Assembly (NCBI GenBank): GCA_965198225.1
Contig: CBDAOY010000005.1
Location: 480,001-544,000, forward strand
Source of the DNA: Terriglobia bacterium
GTDB taxonomy: Bacteria; Acidobacteriota; Terriglobia; 20CM-2-55-15
DNA length: 64,000 nt
Direction: 5' to 3'
Shown here: piece by piece, positions 42,139 to 53,060 of the stretch
How positions within the stretch are numbered: the stretch's first letter is position 1
Layout of the letters: the number at the start of each line of letters is the position of its first letter
Program-made: the position numbers and the translations under genes
The notes under the pieces: model-generated
What the model was told of the DNA's origin: nothing
The model's database searches: none
The model's input: only the letters and a program-made list of their open reading frames with translations

Positions 42139-43437
42139 TCACAGGCACGCGAACTTCACCGCGAAGAGCAGCGCCACCGCGATCAAGGCTGGTGAACACT
42201 CGCTACGGCGTCCCGCCAGCACCTTAATCAACACGTAGGTGAGAACGCCGAGGCCGAGGCCGTCGGCGATGGAAAACGTTAGCGGGATGGCGATGACGGT
42301 CACGACCGCGGCGGCTGACTCGGTGACGTCGCTCCAGTCCACGTCCACTAGCGGGCGCGCCATGAGACACGCCACGTAGAGGATGGCCGCCGCCGTCGCG
42401 TAGGGCGGGATGGACCCGGCCAGCGGCGCCATGAACAGGCAGGCGAGGAACAGCCCCGCCACGACGACCGCTGTCAGACCCGTGCGTCCGCCCGCGCTGA
42501 CCCCCGTGGCGCTCTCGATGTAGCTGGTCACCGGCGAGGTGCCGAGCAGGGCGCCTCCCACCGTTCCCGTGGAGTCGGCGATCAGCGCGCGCTGCATGCG
42601 CGGAAGTTGACCGCGGTCGTCTAGAAGCTGCGCCTGGTGGGCGACGCCGATCAGCGTGCCTGTCGTGTCGAAGAGGTCGACGATCAGGAACGTCAGGATG
42701 ACTCCGATCATACCCGCCTGCAGCGCACCAGCTATGTCGAGGGCCAACAGCGTCGGCGTCGGGTCGGGCGGCAGCGATGCAATACCCTGCCATTCGGAGA
42801 CGCCCATGATGAGGCCGGCGGCGGTGACGCCCAGCATCCCGATAATCGCGGCCCCCGGCACGCGGCGCGCTGAGAGCGCCACGATCGCGCAGAAACCGAG
42901 CAGGGCCAGCACCGGCGCCGGCGCCCTCAACTCGCCGGCAGTGACCAACGTCGCCTCGCTGGCCTGGATGATGCCGGCGTTCCGTAGCGCGATGACGCCC
43001 AGGAACAGGCCGATCCCGGCCGCGATGGCCAGCTTCAGCCCCCGGGGGATCGCCTCGATGATCCAGCGTCGCACCGGTAGCACGCTCAGGACGAGAAACA
43101 GCACGCCGGCGACGAATACCGCGCCGAGCGCGACCTCCCACGTGTGGCCGAGGCCGAGGACGACGCCGTAGGCGAAGAATGCGTTGAGTCCCATTCCAGG
43201 CGCTAGAGCGATCGGGTAGTTGGCGTACAGCCCCATCACGAGCGTGCTCAGCGCCGCCGCGAGGCAGGTGGCGACGAATACCGCTTCGAACGGCATGCCG
43301 GCGTCGGAGAGGATCTGCGGGTTGACGAAGGCGATGTAGGCCATCGTCAGGAACGTCGTCACGCCTGCTGCCACCTCCGTCCTTACGTCAGTGCCCCGCT
43401 GCGCCAGTCCGAAGTAGCGTTCAAGGGTCGCGGTCAT
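42139..43437 (-). CDS. NCS2/AzgA family purine permease
   Basis: AGVTTFLTMAYI..VNP, APGMGLNAFF, DLFDTTGT and YIESATG...GGRTG. Confidence 0.93.
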   Translation of the reverse strand: MTATLERYFGLAQRGTDVRTEVAAGVTTFLTMAYIAFVNPQILSDAGMPFEAVFVATCLAAALSTLVMGLYANYPIALAPGMGLNAFFAYGVVLGLGHTWEVALGAVFVAGVLFLVLSVLPVRRWIIEAIPRGLKLAIAAGIGLFLGVIALRNAGIIQASEATLVTAGELRAPAPVLALLGFCAIVALSARRVPGAAIIGMLGVTAAGLIMGVSEWQGIASLPPDPTPTLLALDIAGALQAGMIGVILTFLIVDLFDTTGTLIGVAHQAQLLDDRGQLPRMQRALIADSTGTVGGALLGTSPVTSYIESATGVSAGGRTGLTAVVVAGLFLACLFMAPLAGSIPPYATAAAILYVACLMARPLVDVDWSDVTESAAAVVTVIAIPLTFSIADGLGLGVLTYVLIKVLAGRRSECSPALIAVALLFAVKFACL

Positions 43438-43841
43438 GAATTCCTCGTGTGTGGTCCGAATTCCCGTTTCCGTGCTGCGCCAAATCTACCAGAGGTGCAG
43501 GTCCTCGGACATTGCACAAAATACGTCCGGGGCCAGAGGATTGCAGAACCGTTCCTTTCTGCAATATGTCCGGGTGTGGAGGGAGATCAGGCAAAACGGA
43601 AATCCCGGCTTAGACCTCACCGCCAACTTTGCGGGCACCGCCCTTTCGAACGAGCGCACCATTCCCAATTTCAAAATCCTTGAATACAGACACAGTACCC
43701 TCAACGAGTGTGTGAAGCTGTTGGATCGCTTCGAGTGCATCCTTTTCGAGATCCTTGCTACGGGCGTGCGCATACCTGTTACGCAGGGCGCGTGATGCGC
43801 CGATAGGTGTTCTTGGTACATCGTTCGCGTAGACCGCAGCC

Positions 43842-44899
43842 GCCAGCTCGCATGGACCACGGACTGGTACCTGCGCGAGGAGACGCTCAAAGCTGCCTTC
43901 TCGGCTCTCGTGGACTTCCAGCACCCGCTGCCTCTTGCCGAGGCCTGGGGCGGTGGAACCCTCTCCTCCTCCGATGGCCAGCGATTCCCCGTTCGAGGCT
44001 CGGCGGAGAACGCGACCGCGCTCCCGAAATATTTCGGCCTCGGAAGGGGCCTCACTTTCTACACCTGGACCTCGGACCAGTACTCGCAGTACGGGTCGAA
44101 GGTCATCTCGTCTACGGTTCGTGACGCGACCTATGTCCTCGACGAGATCCTCGATAACCAGACCGATCTTCCGATCCTCGAGCACACGACCGACACCGCT
44201 GGCTACACCGAGATCGTCTTCGCCCTGTTTCAGCTTCTGGGGCTGCAGTTCGCCCCGCGCATCCGGGACTTGGGCGCTCAGCGCTTGTATCGTCTCGATG
44301 CTCCTCCGCGGAAAGAAGGGGTCGCGGTTCTGCTGAAGGGATTGGTTCGGAGCAAGACCCTACTCGACAACTGGGACGAACTCCTCCGGGTGGCCGGCTC
44401 ACTCCAGTTGGGTTGGGTGACCGCATCGCTCCTGATTTCGAAGCTCCAGGCTGGCGCAAGAGAGAACGTCTTGTCCCGAGCCCTCCGCGATCTCGGACGC
44501 CTCGTCAAGACCCCGTTCATCCTAAGGTGGATTGAGAACCCGGATTATCGTCGTCGAATCCACCGCCAGCTGAACAAGGGAGAAGCCCTCCACGCACTGC
44601 GCCGCTTCCTATTCTTCGCTCACGAAGGGAAGGTGCAGCGCCGTCAAGCAGATCAGCAGACGAATCAGGTCCTCTGCCTAAACTTGGTCACGAATGCCAT
44701 CGTCACCTGGAACACCGTCTATATGAACGCCGCCATCGAACGCCTGCGGGCCGAGGGGAGGATCGGCCGCGACATCGATCTCGGCCATCTGTCGCCTGCC
44801 CTCTACGGGCACGTCAATCCCTACGGTAAGTACCGATTCGAGATCGAGGGTCGAGCGCCAGGCCTCCGACCCCTAAGGAGTCCGGGAAACGACGCTTAG
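43842..44899 (+). pseudogene. C-terminal part of a Tn3-family transposase
   Basis: SSSDGQ, HTTDTAGY, LNKGEA.HAL and LNLVTNAIVTWNT; 5' two-thirds absent. Confidence 0.9.
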
Positions 44900-44904
44900 C
44901 GTGC

Positions 44905-45075
44905 GCTTTTGCTCCGTTACTGTCGGAACCCCGTCACGAGGGCTGGAAGCTGGTCGAGGAATATCGAGATGAGGAATCGGGTGCCACCGGGAGCCGCGCT
45001 CGATTCCAAGCGCTCTTCGAGGACGCGCACCAGCGGAAGTTCGATGTCGTCGTCTTCTGGGCGCTCGACCGCTTC
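44905..45075 (+). pseudogene. Serine recombinase fragment
   Basis: GWKLVEEYRDEESGATGSRARFQALFEDAHQRKFDVVVFWALDRF. Confidence 0.7.
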
Positions 45076-45239
45076 TTCGAGGGCACGCTGGCAACACCGA
45101 AGGGCAAGCACGATGACGGACCCGTGGCGACGCAGATCACTCGGGGCTGCCAGCCTTTTCGGTGGCGTGAGGTGTTGCTGTGACTGGGAAACGCGGGATG
45201 GAGGCGGATTGTTGCGCCAAAAACGGGCGGATTACCCGG

Positions 45240-46670
45240 TCAAACCGCTGCGACGGCAATCAAGGCGGGAATTCCTACGAGGTTGATTGCGCGGCGCATG
45301 TTGTAGGCCAAGGCGGTGAGGCTGAACTCCCCGCGGACATTGCCGAGTCGGCGCGTCAGGAACGCGCCTTGGCCCATCCACTGCTTGATCGAACCGAAGG
45401 GATGCTCGACCGACTCCCGGCGACGATCCATCACCTCGGGCCGGGCGGCGAGACGGTTCGCCATGCGCTCCATCGTTGCTTCGTTCTCGAAGCGCGTGAT
45501 GCGCCGATAGGTGTTCTTGGTACATCGTTCGCGTAGACCGCAGCCTCTGCATGCGGCGCGGTTGGCGTAACTGACAAGATACGTGCCTGTGCGCGACTTA
45601 CCCACGCTTCGGCGATACAACGGCACCAGGCGCTCACCAGCGGGGCACCGGTAGGTGTCCGTGGAGTCGTCGTATTGGAAATCGGACTTCGGAAAGTGGC
45701 CACTGCGTCTGGCCGTGCTCCGGTCGGGCTTCGGAACGTAGGGCGTGATCCCGGCGGCTTCGCAGTCCTCAATGTCTTCGATCTTGTAGTAGCCTCGGTC
45801 CGCGACCGCGTCGATCTCGTCGACAGCCAAGTTCTCCCGAGCCGCTGTGGCCGTCTCCGCGAGCAGACCGAGGTCCGAGACCTTGCTATGGACCTGCTGT
45901 TCGGCGATCAGGTTGTGCTCAGTGTCGACAGCGATCTGGACGTTGTAGCCGACTCCGACCCGTGTCCCGGAATGCATTGACCGGGAGTCCGGATCCGTAA
46001 GCGACAGCTGGGCTTCTCCGGTATCGTCCAGCGTCTGCCGATGCCCCTCCAAGGTCTCCTTTCTCTTACGGATCGATGCGATCTTCTCCTGAAGATCCGC
46101 CACGGCAGCCGCTCTGCCGCCGGCATCATCGTCGGCTTCGCCTGGTCGAGGTATCGAGTCGGTCGCGATACGCTGCAGGTCCGTCTTCAGCTTGGCCCGC
46201 GTGAAGTTGCGGTCCCGGTGGTTCACCGCCTTGATGCGCGTGCCGTCCACGGCGATCAACTCCCGCCCGTACAGGTCGAGTTCCCGGCACAACCGCACGA
46301 ACCGCCGAAACACCGCCCGGAACGCATGCCGATTGTCGCGCCGGAAGTCGGAGATCGTCTTGAAGTCGGGCTTCAGCTGGCGTAGCAGCCAGATCGCCTC
46401 GAGGTTGCGATGCGTCTCTGTCTCCAGCCTGCGGCTCGACCGAATACGATTCAGATACCCGTAGATATACAGCTTCAGCAGATCCGCGGGATCGTAGCCT
46501 GGACGGCCCTTGTCGTTGGGCCGAACGCGCTGGAATCCAGCCGCCTCAAGGTCGAGACCGTCGACGAATGCATCAATGAAACGGACCGGGTTGTCCGGTC
46601 CCACGTAGTCGTCCACAGTATCGGGCAGAAGCAGAAGCTGGGAACGGTCTTCACCGGTGATATGTGCCAT
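45240..46670 (-). CDS. IS1182 family transposase
   Basis: GRPGYDP, LYIYGYLNRIRSSR, PDFKTI, VDGT, TDPDSR, ADRGY and VEHPFG. Confidence 0.93.
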   Translation of the reverse strand: MAHITGEDRSQLLLLPDTVDDYVGPDNPVRFIDAFVDGLDLEAAGFQRVRPNDKGRPGYDPADLLKLYIYGYLNRIRSSRRLETETHRNLEAIWLLRQLKPDFKTISDFRRDNRHAFRAVFRRFVRLCRELDLYGRELIAVDGTRIKAVNHRDRNFTRAKLKTDLQRIATDSIPRPGEADDDAGGRAAAVADLQEKIASIRKRKETLEGHRQTLDDTGEAQLSLTDPDSRSMHSGTRVGVGYNVQIAVDTEHNLIAEQQVHSKVSDLGLLAETATAARENLAVDEIDAVADRGYYKIEDIEDCEAAGITPYVPKPDRSTARRSGHFPKSDFQYDDSTDTYRCPAGERLVPLYRRSVGKSRTGTYLVSYANRAACRGCGLRERCTKNTYRRITRFENEATMERMANRLAARPEVMDRRRESVEHPFGSIKQWMGQGAFLTRRLGNVRGEFSLTALAYNMRRAINLVGIPALIAVAAV

Positions 46671-47326
46671 GACACATTTTACCAACCGCCATGGGGAACC
46701 TGATGCCAGTTCACCGACTCCCGCCCGGCTGTCGCCGACTTTTCACACAGTCTGGTTCCTTTGTGCGCCAGGCGCAAGTTTCCACCCGCAGCTTCGGACA
46801 GCATGTGGCGGATATTCCGGGAGCGGTATCCCCTTGCTGTGGGCATTCTTTGCTTCTTAATCTGCCCCTTCCATGCACGGGCTGATCCTGCGCCTCGGAT
46901 TTCAATCCCCGGGTCAGGCGCGACAACGTCTTGCTATCGCCGCGGCGGCTTGATTATGGTGGGTTCACTCTGTCCATGAAATCAGGGGCGGTACAGTCCA
47001 TCTCGTTTCGCTGGACATAGCGTGATCCTCCTGCGTTGTAGTTTCTCAAATCACTGTCCAAAGAAATCGTGGGGCGGGGAAAACATTGCACGCTAAGATG
47101 GGTGGCATGTCCAAACCACGGAGGAAGAAGCCGACCGTGGCGGTGGTGCCGTTGGGATTGACCATGGCGATCCCGGTCCGGAGCGGGCCGTCCCTTTCGG
47201 CAAAGATCCGTCCTTCCATCGCTCCGGTGCGGGCGAATATGGCAGAATGAGGCATCCAGCGTAAACGAGACGATTCGGTTTCCATTGCTGAAGAAAAAGA
47301 TGGGGACCGAAGGAGAGGAGCCCTCC

Positions 47327-49540
47327 GTGCAGCTGAAAGCCTTCCGTGTGCAGAAGTTTCGAAATATTGAGGACTCGGGAGAGGTCGATCTAACCGATGC
47401 GCTCGCTTGCGTGGTCGGGAAGAACCAGGCGGGGAAGAGCGCCCTCCTACGCGGGTTGCACAAGTTCAACCCGCATCGCCCGGCGCCGTACGACATGCGC
47501 CGCGACTGGCCCCGTGGCCAGCGCACCAAGCGCGACAAGAAGCAGGTCGTTTGCCAGGTGCGATTCACACTCTCGCCCGAAGAGTTGAAAAAGCTTGGAG
47601 AGATCGCTGGCCGGGAATTGAGCGGCGCGGATGTCGTCGTCACGAAGGACTACGATGGGAAGTTCGGGATTCAGCTCCCAGAAGATTCGGATCTCTTCCC
47701 GGACGAATTGCACTCCGATCCGATCGATGCTATCTGCGAAAAACTGCCAGAGCCGACCTACCCGGTCGGCATGAAGTTCCAGGCGGCGGCAGACAAGTGC
47801 ATCCTGGAGGCCAGGCAGTACGCAAGGGAGCGCCGCTTCGAGGAACTCACCCAGCTCCGCGACCAGCACGTAGCGGTGCTCGAAGAGGAACGCACCGACG
47901 TGAAGGTGGCGCGCCAACAGGCGAACGAAAAACAGTTCATTGAGGATTACAAGACGAAGCTGACGGAGGCCTTGACCGCGCTCGGCGTCGAGCGCACGAA
48001 ACATCAGCAGGCCCAAGACTACATCATCTCCCGGCTCCCGACTTTCATCTACATGGATGATTACAAGAGATTCCAGGGCTGCGCTAACCTGGAGCAACTC
48101 AAAGAGCGCCGGAACAACAAGAAATTGGCCCTCTCCGAAGAGGACGAGACGTTCCTGATGATCCTCAAGCTCGGCGGTCTCGACCTGGACAAGTTGATCG
48201 AGCAGGGCAAGTCAGAAGATCAGGACGTCATCCATGATCGCCAGATCGATCTCCAGGACGCCGCCACGACGTTGACCAGCGGCGTCGCCGGACGCTGGGG
48301 CCAGAACGAGTACCAGGTGCAGTTCCGGGCCGATGGACCTCTGTTCTTCACAGAGATTGAGGAGACGGCCAAAAACATTGGGATGATCCCGCTCGAGGAG
48401 CAGTCGAAGGGCTTCCAGTGGTTCTTCTCGTTCGATCTGCACTTCATGCACGACAGCGAAGGATCCTTCGAGGGCTGCGTGCTTCTGCTAGACGAGCCTG
48501 GCCTCCACCTGCATCCGGGGGGGCAAAGGGATCTTCTCTCGCGCCTGGACGCATACGCGAAGAAAAACACGCTGATCTATACGACGCACCTGCCGTCCCT
48601 CGTCGATCTGCGCGAGCCCAAGCGGATCAAGATCATCAAGCAAACTGAGCTGGGGGCAGTAGTATCGGATGATCTCGGCGGAACTCAGACCGACGAGCGG
48701 CTGACGCTTCAGGCCGCGCTCGGGATGCGGGCGAACCAGAGTCTCCTTGTTTCCAAGCGGAATCTTCTCGTCGAGGGTGTCCACGACTACTGGATCATCA
48801 GAGAGCTCTCGAACATCTTCGAGCGTGAGGAGCGCGCCTGCCTGCCAGAAGATGTCTTGATCACAGTAGTCGGCGGGGCATCGGAGATCGTCCCGACCGC
48901 CACGTTCATGATCGGCCATGAACTCAACATCGTCGCGCTATTCAATTCGGACTCGGCGGGGAAGGAGGCCGAGGATGGGCTTCGGCAGACGTGGATCACC
49001 CGGTATAGGGGAGCACGGGCGGTGACGTTGCGGGTTGGTGACGCGCTTGGGATGCCGGACGAGGGCGCGACGATCGAAGACCTCTTCACGGAGGCCTACT
49101 ATATGGAGAAGGTGCGCGAGTCGCATGCGTTGAAGTTGAAGAGCAAGGGGCTCACCACTGATGCGATCACACTGAGCGGCTCGGGCCCCGTCCTGCCACG
49201 GCTGCAGCAGTGCTTCGACAAACTCAAGGTGGACCTCGACAAGAGGGCGGTGGGCAAGCTGATCCGCCGGGATCTGATCCAGTGCAAGGGTGTCCACTTC
49301 CTTCCGACCGGAGTGGCGGAGAAGGGTGAGGCCTTGCTGACCGCTCTGCGGGATGCGTTCGACACTCCGGACGCCGACACTCCGGACGCCGGCACTCCGG
49401 ACGTCGACACTCCGGACGCCGACACTCCGGACGTCGACACTCCGGACGTCGGCACTTCGGCCGAGCAGACGCCTCCGCTCGCAAATGTCGGTTCCGATAC
49501 TCTCGACACCGGTTCGACTGCCTCGCCCATACCGGATTGA
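47327..49540 (+). CDS. OLD-like ATP-dependent nuclease (ABC ATPase + TOPRIM)
   Basis: FRNIED, GKNQAGKS, SKGFQW, LLLDEPGLHLHP, YTTH and TOPRIM LLVEG..D; GAGGAG RBS before GTG. Confidence 0.85.
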   Translation: MQLKAFRVQKFRNIEDSGEVDLTDALACVVGKNQAGKSALLRGLHKFNPHRPAPYDMRRDWPRGQRTKRDKKQVVCQVRFTLSPEELKKLGEIAGRELSGADVVVTKDYDGKFGIQLPEDSDLFPDELHSDPIDAICEKLPEPTYPVGMKFQAAADKCILEARQYARERRFEELTQLRDQHVAVLEEERTDVKVARQQANEKQFIEDYKTKLTEALTALGVERTKHQQAQDYIISRLPTFIYMDDYKRFQGCANLEQLKERRNNKKLALSEEDETFLMILKLGGLDLDKLIEQGKSEDQDVIHDRQIDLQDAATTLTSGVAGRWGQNEYQVQFRADGPLFFTEIEETAKNIGMIPLEEQSKGFQWFFSFDLHFMHDSEGSFEGCVLLLDEPGLHLHPGGQRDLLSRLDAYAKKNTLIYTTHLPSLVDLREPKRIKIIKQTELGAVVSDDLGGTQTDERLTLQAALGMRANQSLLVSKRNLLVEGVHDYWIIRELSNIFEREERACLPEDVLITVVGGASEIVPTATFMIGHELNIVALFNSDSAGKEAEDGLRQTWITRYRGARAVTLRVGDALGMPDEGATIEDLFTEAYYMEKVRESHALKLKSKGLTTDAITLSGSGPVLPRLQQCFDKLKVDLDKRAVGKLIRRDLIQCKGVHFLPTGVAEKGEALLTALRDAFDTPDADTPDAGTPDVDTPDADTPDVDTPDVGTSAEQTPPLANVGSDTLDTGSTASPIPD
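49361..49460 (+). repeat. 15-bp tandem repeat, about 6.5 copies, encoding (D/G)TPD(A/V)
   Basis: G(A/G)CACTCCGGACG(C/T)C units. Confidence 0.95.
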
Positions 49541-49816
49541 TGAACGCTACCAGCGGCCTATAAGAACACCCCCAATGAGTGCAAGGCGTTGGCTCTGCTG
49601 ACAGCTTCCATGGTTTAACCGTTGCGGGTTTTGCGGTTCCGTTATCTCGTACCGACACTGCGGGAGAACGTAGAGTTTTTGCCTGTATTAGACCGGCGGA
49701 CTCGCCTTCCTCGTTGCTTCCAGGCCCATTAATGCCGCCGTCACCGGGGTTTCATGTGTGGCGCCCGATTTCGTTCGGGAATTCCAACTGAAGGGTTCTA
49801 TTCCAACAAAGGTGGG

Positions 49817-50437
49817 CGGATCGGGACGGCGCTCGCCTGGAAGGACACATTCACCGGCAGCGCAGCCCAGATCGCGAACGGTATCGAGGCGATGGCCGGA
49901 GGCGCGTCCCTGACCGAAACGTGGAGGAATCGTTTGACGGGGGCCGCTACCGTCACCGAAAGCGCTGTCCTGGACCTCTGGGCTCCTCTTGGAACCGGCC
50001 GGAGCGCGGCGGGTGTTGCGGCCTATCAGACGCAGCGGGAACAAGCCGACGTGCGGCTCGTTCTGAACTTCGTTAGCAGTGACGCGGCCACCGCGCTACT
50101 GGCGGCGGCGGATGCATCCGTAGCGGCCTATGCGGGCATGGCCGCGAACACGAACCTCTCCGATACGGCATTGCGGCAACAGCTGGTGGCCGCACGCATC
50201 ACCCGGGGCAATCTCAAGACCGGGATCGCGCAGCAGATGGCCGTCGAGGCGGCGCGGCAGAGCGCGGAGGCGCTGGAAGCCGAGATCGGGCGGCGGGAGG
50301 CGCTCTCACGCTGGGTAGCGGCGCAGCAACGGGCCCAGGCCACCTTCAGCGCGCATCAGTCCGGGATCGCCGCGCACCGCGACGCCATGCGCGAGGGATT
50401 GGCCTGGCAACCCCTGAACCTTTACGGCGGACAGTAG
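49817..50437 (+). pseudogene. 5'-truncated paralog of the downstream VirB5/TrbJ-like gene
   Basis: IGTALAWKDTFTGSAAQIANGIEAMA...PLNLY matches the C-terminal two-thirds of 50447..51352. Confidence 0.85.
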
Positions 50438-50446
50438 GAGGCTGAC

Positions 50447-51352
50447 ATGAAAACCCGAATCATTCCCGTGCTCATTCTGCTGCCGGTCCTCATCGTTTCG
50501 ATGACCGTCGAGGCCCAGGCAATCATCGGCGGCATTATCGCGGGCATCCAGCGGGCACAGATGATCGTCAATCAGGGCCTGCAGATCTACGAGCAGCAAC
50601 TCGCCAAGCTCACGATGGACGGGCAACTGCTTCAACTGACCGATCAGTTCGACCACCTGCGGGACCAGGCGCTGGGCGCGGTCGGGGAACTCACCGATCC
50701 GTTCACCGACATGGTTTCCCAGCCCACGCGGATGATCGGGACGGCGCTCACCTGGAAGGACACATTCACCGGCAGCGCGGCCCAGATCGCGAACGGCATC
50801 GAGGCGATGGCGGCGGGCACGTCCCTGACCCAGACGTGGCAAGGGCGTCTGGCTGCGGTCGACACCGTGACGGAAACCGAAGTTCTCGCCCTCTACGCTC
50901 CGCTTGGAACCGATCGGAGCGCGGCGGCATCGTCGGCCTATCAGTCACAGCGGGAACAGGCCGACGAGCGCCTTGTCCTGAGTTTCGCCACCAGCGACGC
51001 GGCCACCGAGCTGCTGCGAGCGGCCGAGGAGGCGGCGGCCGCTTACGCGGACATGGCCGCCAGGACGAACCTGTCGAATACCGCATTGCAGCAACAGTTG
51101 GTTGCCGGAGCCATTACCGAGGGCAACCTGGATGCCGCCATCGCGCAGATGGGGGCTGTGGAGGCGGCGCGGCGGAACGCGGAGGCACTGGAAGCCGAGA
51201 TCGGACGCCGGGAAGCGCTCGCCCGCTGGGTGGCGGCCCAGCAACGCGCCCAGGCGACGTTCAATGCGCATCAGGCCGGGATCGCGGCACACAGCGACGC
51301 CATGGGCGAGGGATTGGCGTGGCGTCCCTTGAACCTTTACGCGGGACCGTAG
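50447..51352 (+). CDS. Secreted helical protein, VirB5/TrbJ-like
   Basis: Signal peptide (AQA), Q/A-rich helices, position upstream of the VirB6-like gene; AGGAGG RBS. Confidence 0.55.
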   Translation: MKTRIIPVLILLPVLIVSMTVEAQAIIGGIIAGIQRAQMIVNQGLQIYEQQLAKLTMDGQLLQLTDQFDHLRDQALGAVGELTDPFTDMVSQPTRMIGTALTWKDTFTGSAAQIANGIEAMAAGTSLTQTWQGRLAAVDTVTETEVLALYAPLGTDRSAAASSAYQSQREQADERLVLSFATSDAATELLRAAEEAAAAYADMAARTNLSNTALQQQLVAGAITEGNLDAAIAQMGAVEAARRNAEALEAEIGRREALARWVAAQQRAQATFNAHQAGIAAHSDAMGEGLAWRPLNLYAGP

Positions 51353-51358
51353 CGGATC

Positions 51359-52398
51359 GTGTGCGCACTGTTTCTGGTCCTGCTGCTACAGGTGCCGACT
51401 CAGATTGATCCCGCTGTGCCGGTACAGATACCCGAAGGCGATCAGGCCAACTTCAAGCTGTTCCTGGACCGGGTACTGGAATCCGTATTGGGGAGTGCGG
51501 CCAATCCAGTCCTCGATCTGGGACGCGATCTGTGGCGGGGCATGGCGGTCATCGTCATCGTCTGGACCGGATTGAAGATCGCCTTCAGCGGGAGCATCGA
51601 GGCATGGGAGATCGTGCGGCTCGTCTTCGGATTATGGATTCCGTGGGTGATGTTGCAATTCTATTCGGTGCCCTTGCCGGGAATGGCCCTGTCCTTTCCG
51701 GAAATGATTGCGGGAGGCGGGACGTGGCTGCAACGGATGTTTCTCGAGGACACGGTTTCCTCGATGCAAACCCAGCTGGGCGACCTCGTCAACAATCTCG
51801 CCGCCGACCTGGAAGCCGCCCGCCAGGGCGGGCTGATCTCCATGGTTGTGACCGGCGTCGGGCGCACCCTGACTCTGGTTGCCGGAGCCATCATCATGCT
51901 CCTGGTGGTGCTCTGTCTCGTTCTCTTGTTCGCCGTCACCTACGCCCAGGTGATCTGGGCCCAGATCGCCATCTACATCCTCATCTTCATCGGGCCGATC
52001 TTCATCCCCTGGATGGTGTTCGAGCCGCTGGCCTTCATGTTCTGGGGCTGGTTCAAGGCCATGATCACCTACTCGCTCTATGGCCTCGTCGCCGGCGTCG
52101 TCATGCGCGTGTTCATGGGCGTGGCGCTGGGCTTCGTGACCACGCTCAACTCCACCACGCTCAACTGGGACTCGCTGGCCGACCTGGGCCGGTGGCTGCT
52201 GGTCGTGCTCCCCTCTTCGTGGCCGGGATACTGGCCAGTCTCAAGGTCGGGGCGCTGGCCTCGATGCTGGTCACCGGAGGCGGGGCCGCCGGCAGCGGGA
52301 TCGGGGGAGTCGCGACAGCGGGCGCGGCAGCGGCCAGCGGCGGCGCGAAGCTGGCGGCCAGCGGCGGGAAAGCCGGGGCGACAGGAGGCTTGAAATGA
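51359..52398 (+). CDS. VirB6/TrbL-like T4SS membrane protein, frameshift at ~52210
   Basis: Multi-TM; IGPIFIPW.VF.PL..MFWGWFK; Gly/Ala tail lies in another frame and ends at 52398, overlapping the next ATG. Confidence 0.82.
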
Positions 52399-53060
52399 GC
52401 AGGAAAGAACCGAAAGACGCCGGGGCCGAATACGCCGAGATCTGGGGCGAGGCCATCCACTCGAATCGTCATCTGCGGGTGTTCTCGATCGGGCTGGGCG
52501 CGGTGTGCGTCTTGCTCATCATCGTCATCATTCGGATTGTGGGGGTCGATCCCCCCAAACCCATCGTCATCCGGGTGGACGAGATCGGGCGGGCCGAGGC
52601 GCTGGCCTATGAAGCGGTGGAGGCCCAGGCGAATCCCCTGGACTCCACCACCAAATACTTTCTCAACCGCTTCATCCACGACTTCTATTCCCGGCGGCGG
52701 GCCACCGTCCAGGAGGGCTGGAGCCGCTCGCTCCGCTTTCTCGCCGCGCCCCTCGCCAACGCTTCCTTCCAGGCCGAGGGCCAGAACGTCGCCCTGCTCG
52801 CGGCCGGCGGCGCCCGGGACGAGTTGCAGGTGGATAACGTCGTGCTTCGCATCCAGGCCAACCCTGCCCCTCCCCACGGAGCGGTTGCCGACTTCGATCT
52901 GGTCCGGCTGGTTCAGTCGTCTGAGGTGGCGCGCGAGCGATGGTCGCTCTCGCTCCAATTCATGTTCCTCGACCGGGTCCCCCCGGACCTGATCGTCTAC
53001 AACCCGATGGGCCTGGTGATTACCTATCTCCAGGGCGATCGGGCCTTCGGCGGACAATGA
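52395..53060 (+). CDS. VirB8/TrbF family protein
   Basis: Single TM, PIVIRVDEIG and C-terminal NPMGLVIT. Confidence 0.88.
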   Translation: MSRKEPKDAGAEYAEIWGEAIHSNRHLRVFSIGLGAVCVLLIIVIIRIVGVDPPKPIVIRVDEIGRAEALAYEAVEAQANPLDSTTKYFLNRFIHDFYSRRRATVQEGWSRSLRFLAAPLANASFQAEGQNVALLAAGGARDELQVDNVVLRIQANPAPPHGAVADFDLVRLVQSSEVARERWSLSLQFMFLDRVPPDLIVYNPMGLVITYLQGDRAFGGQ

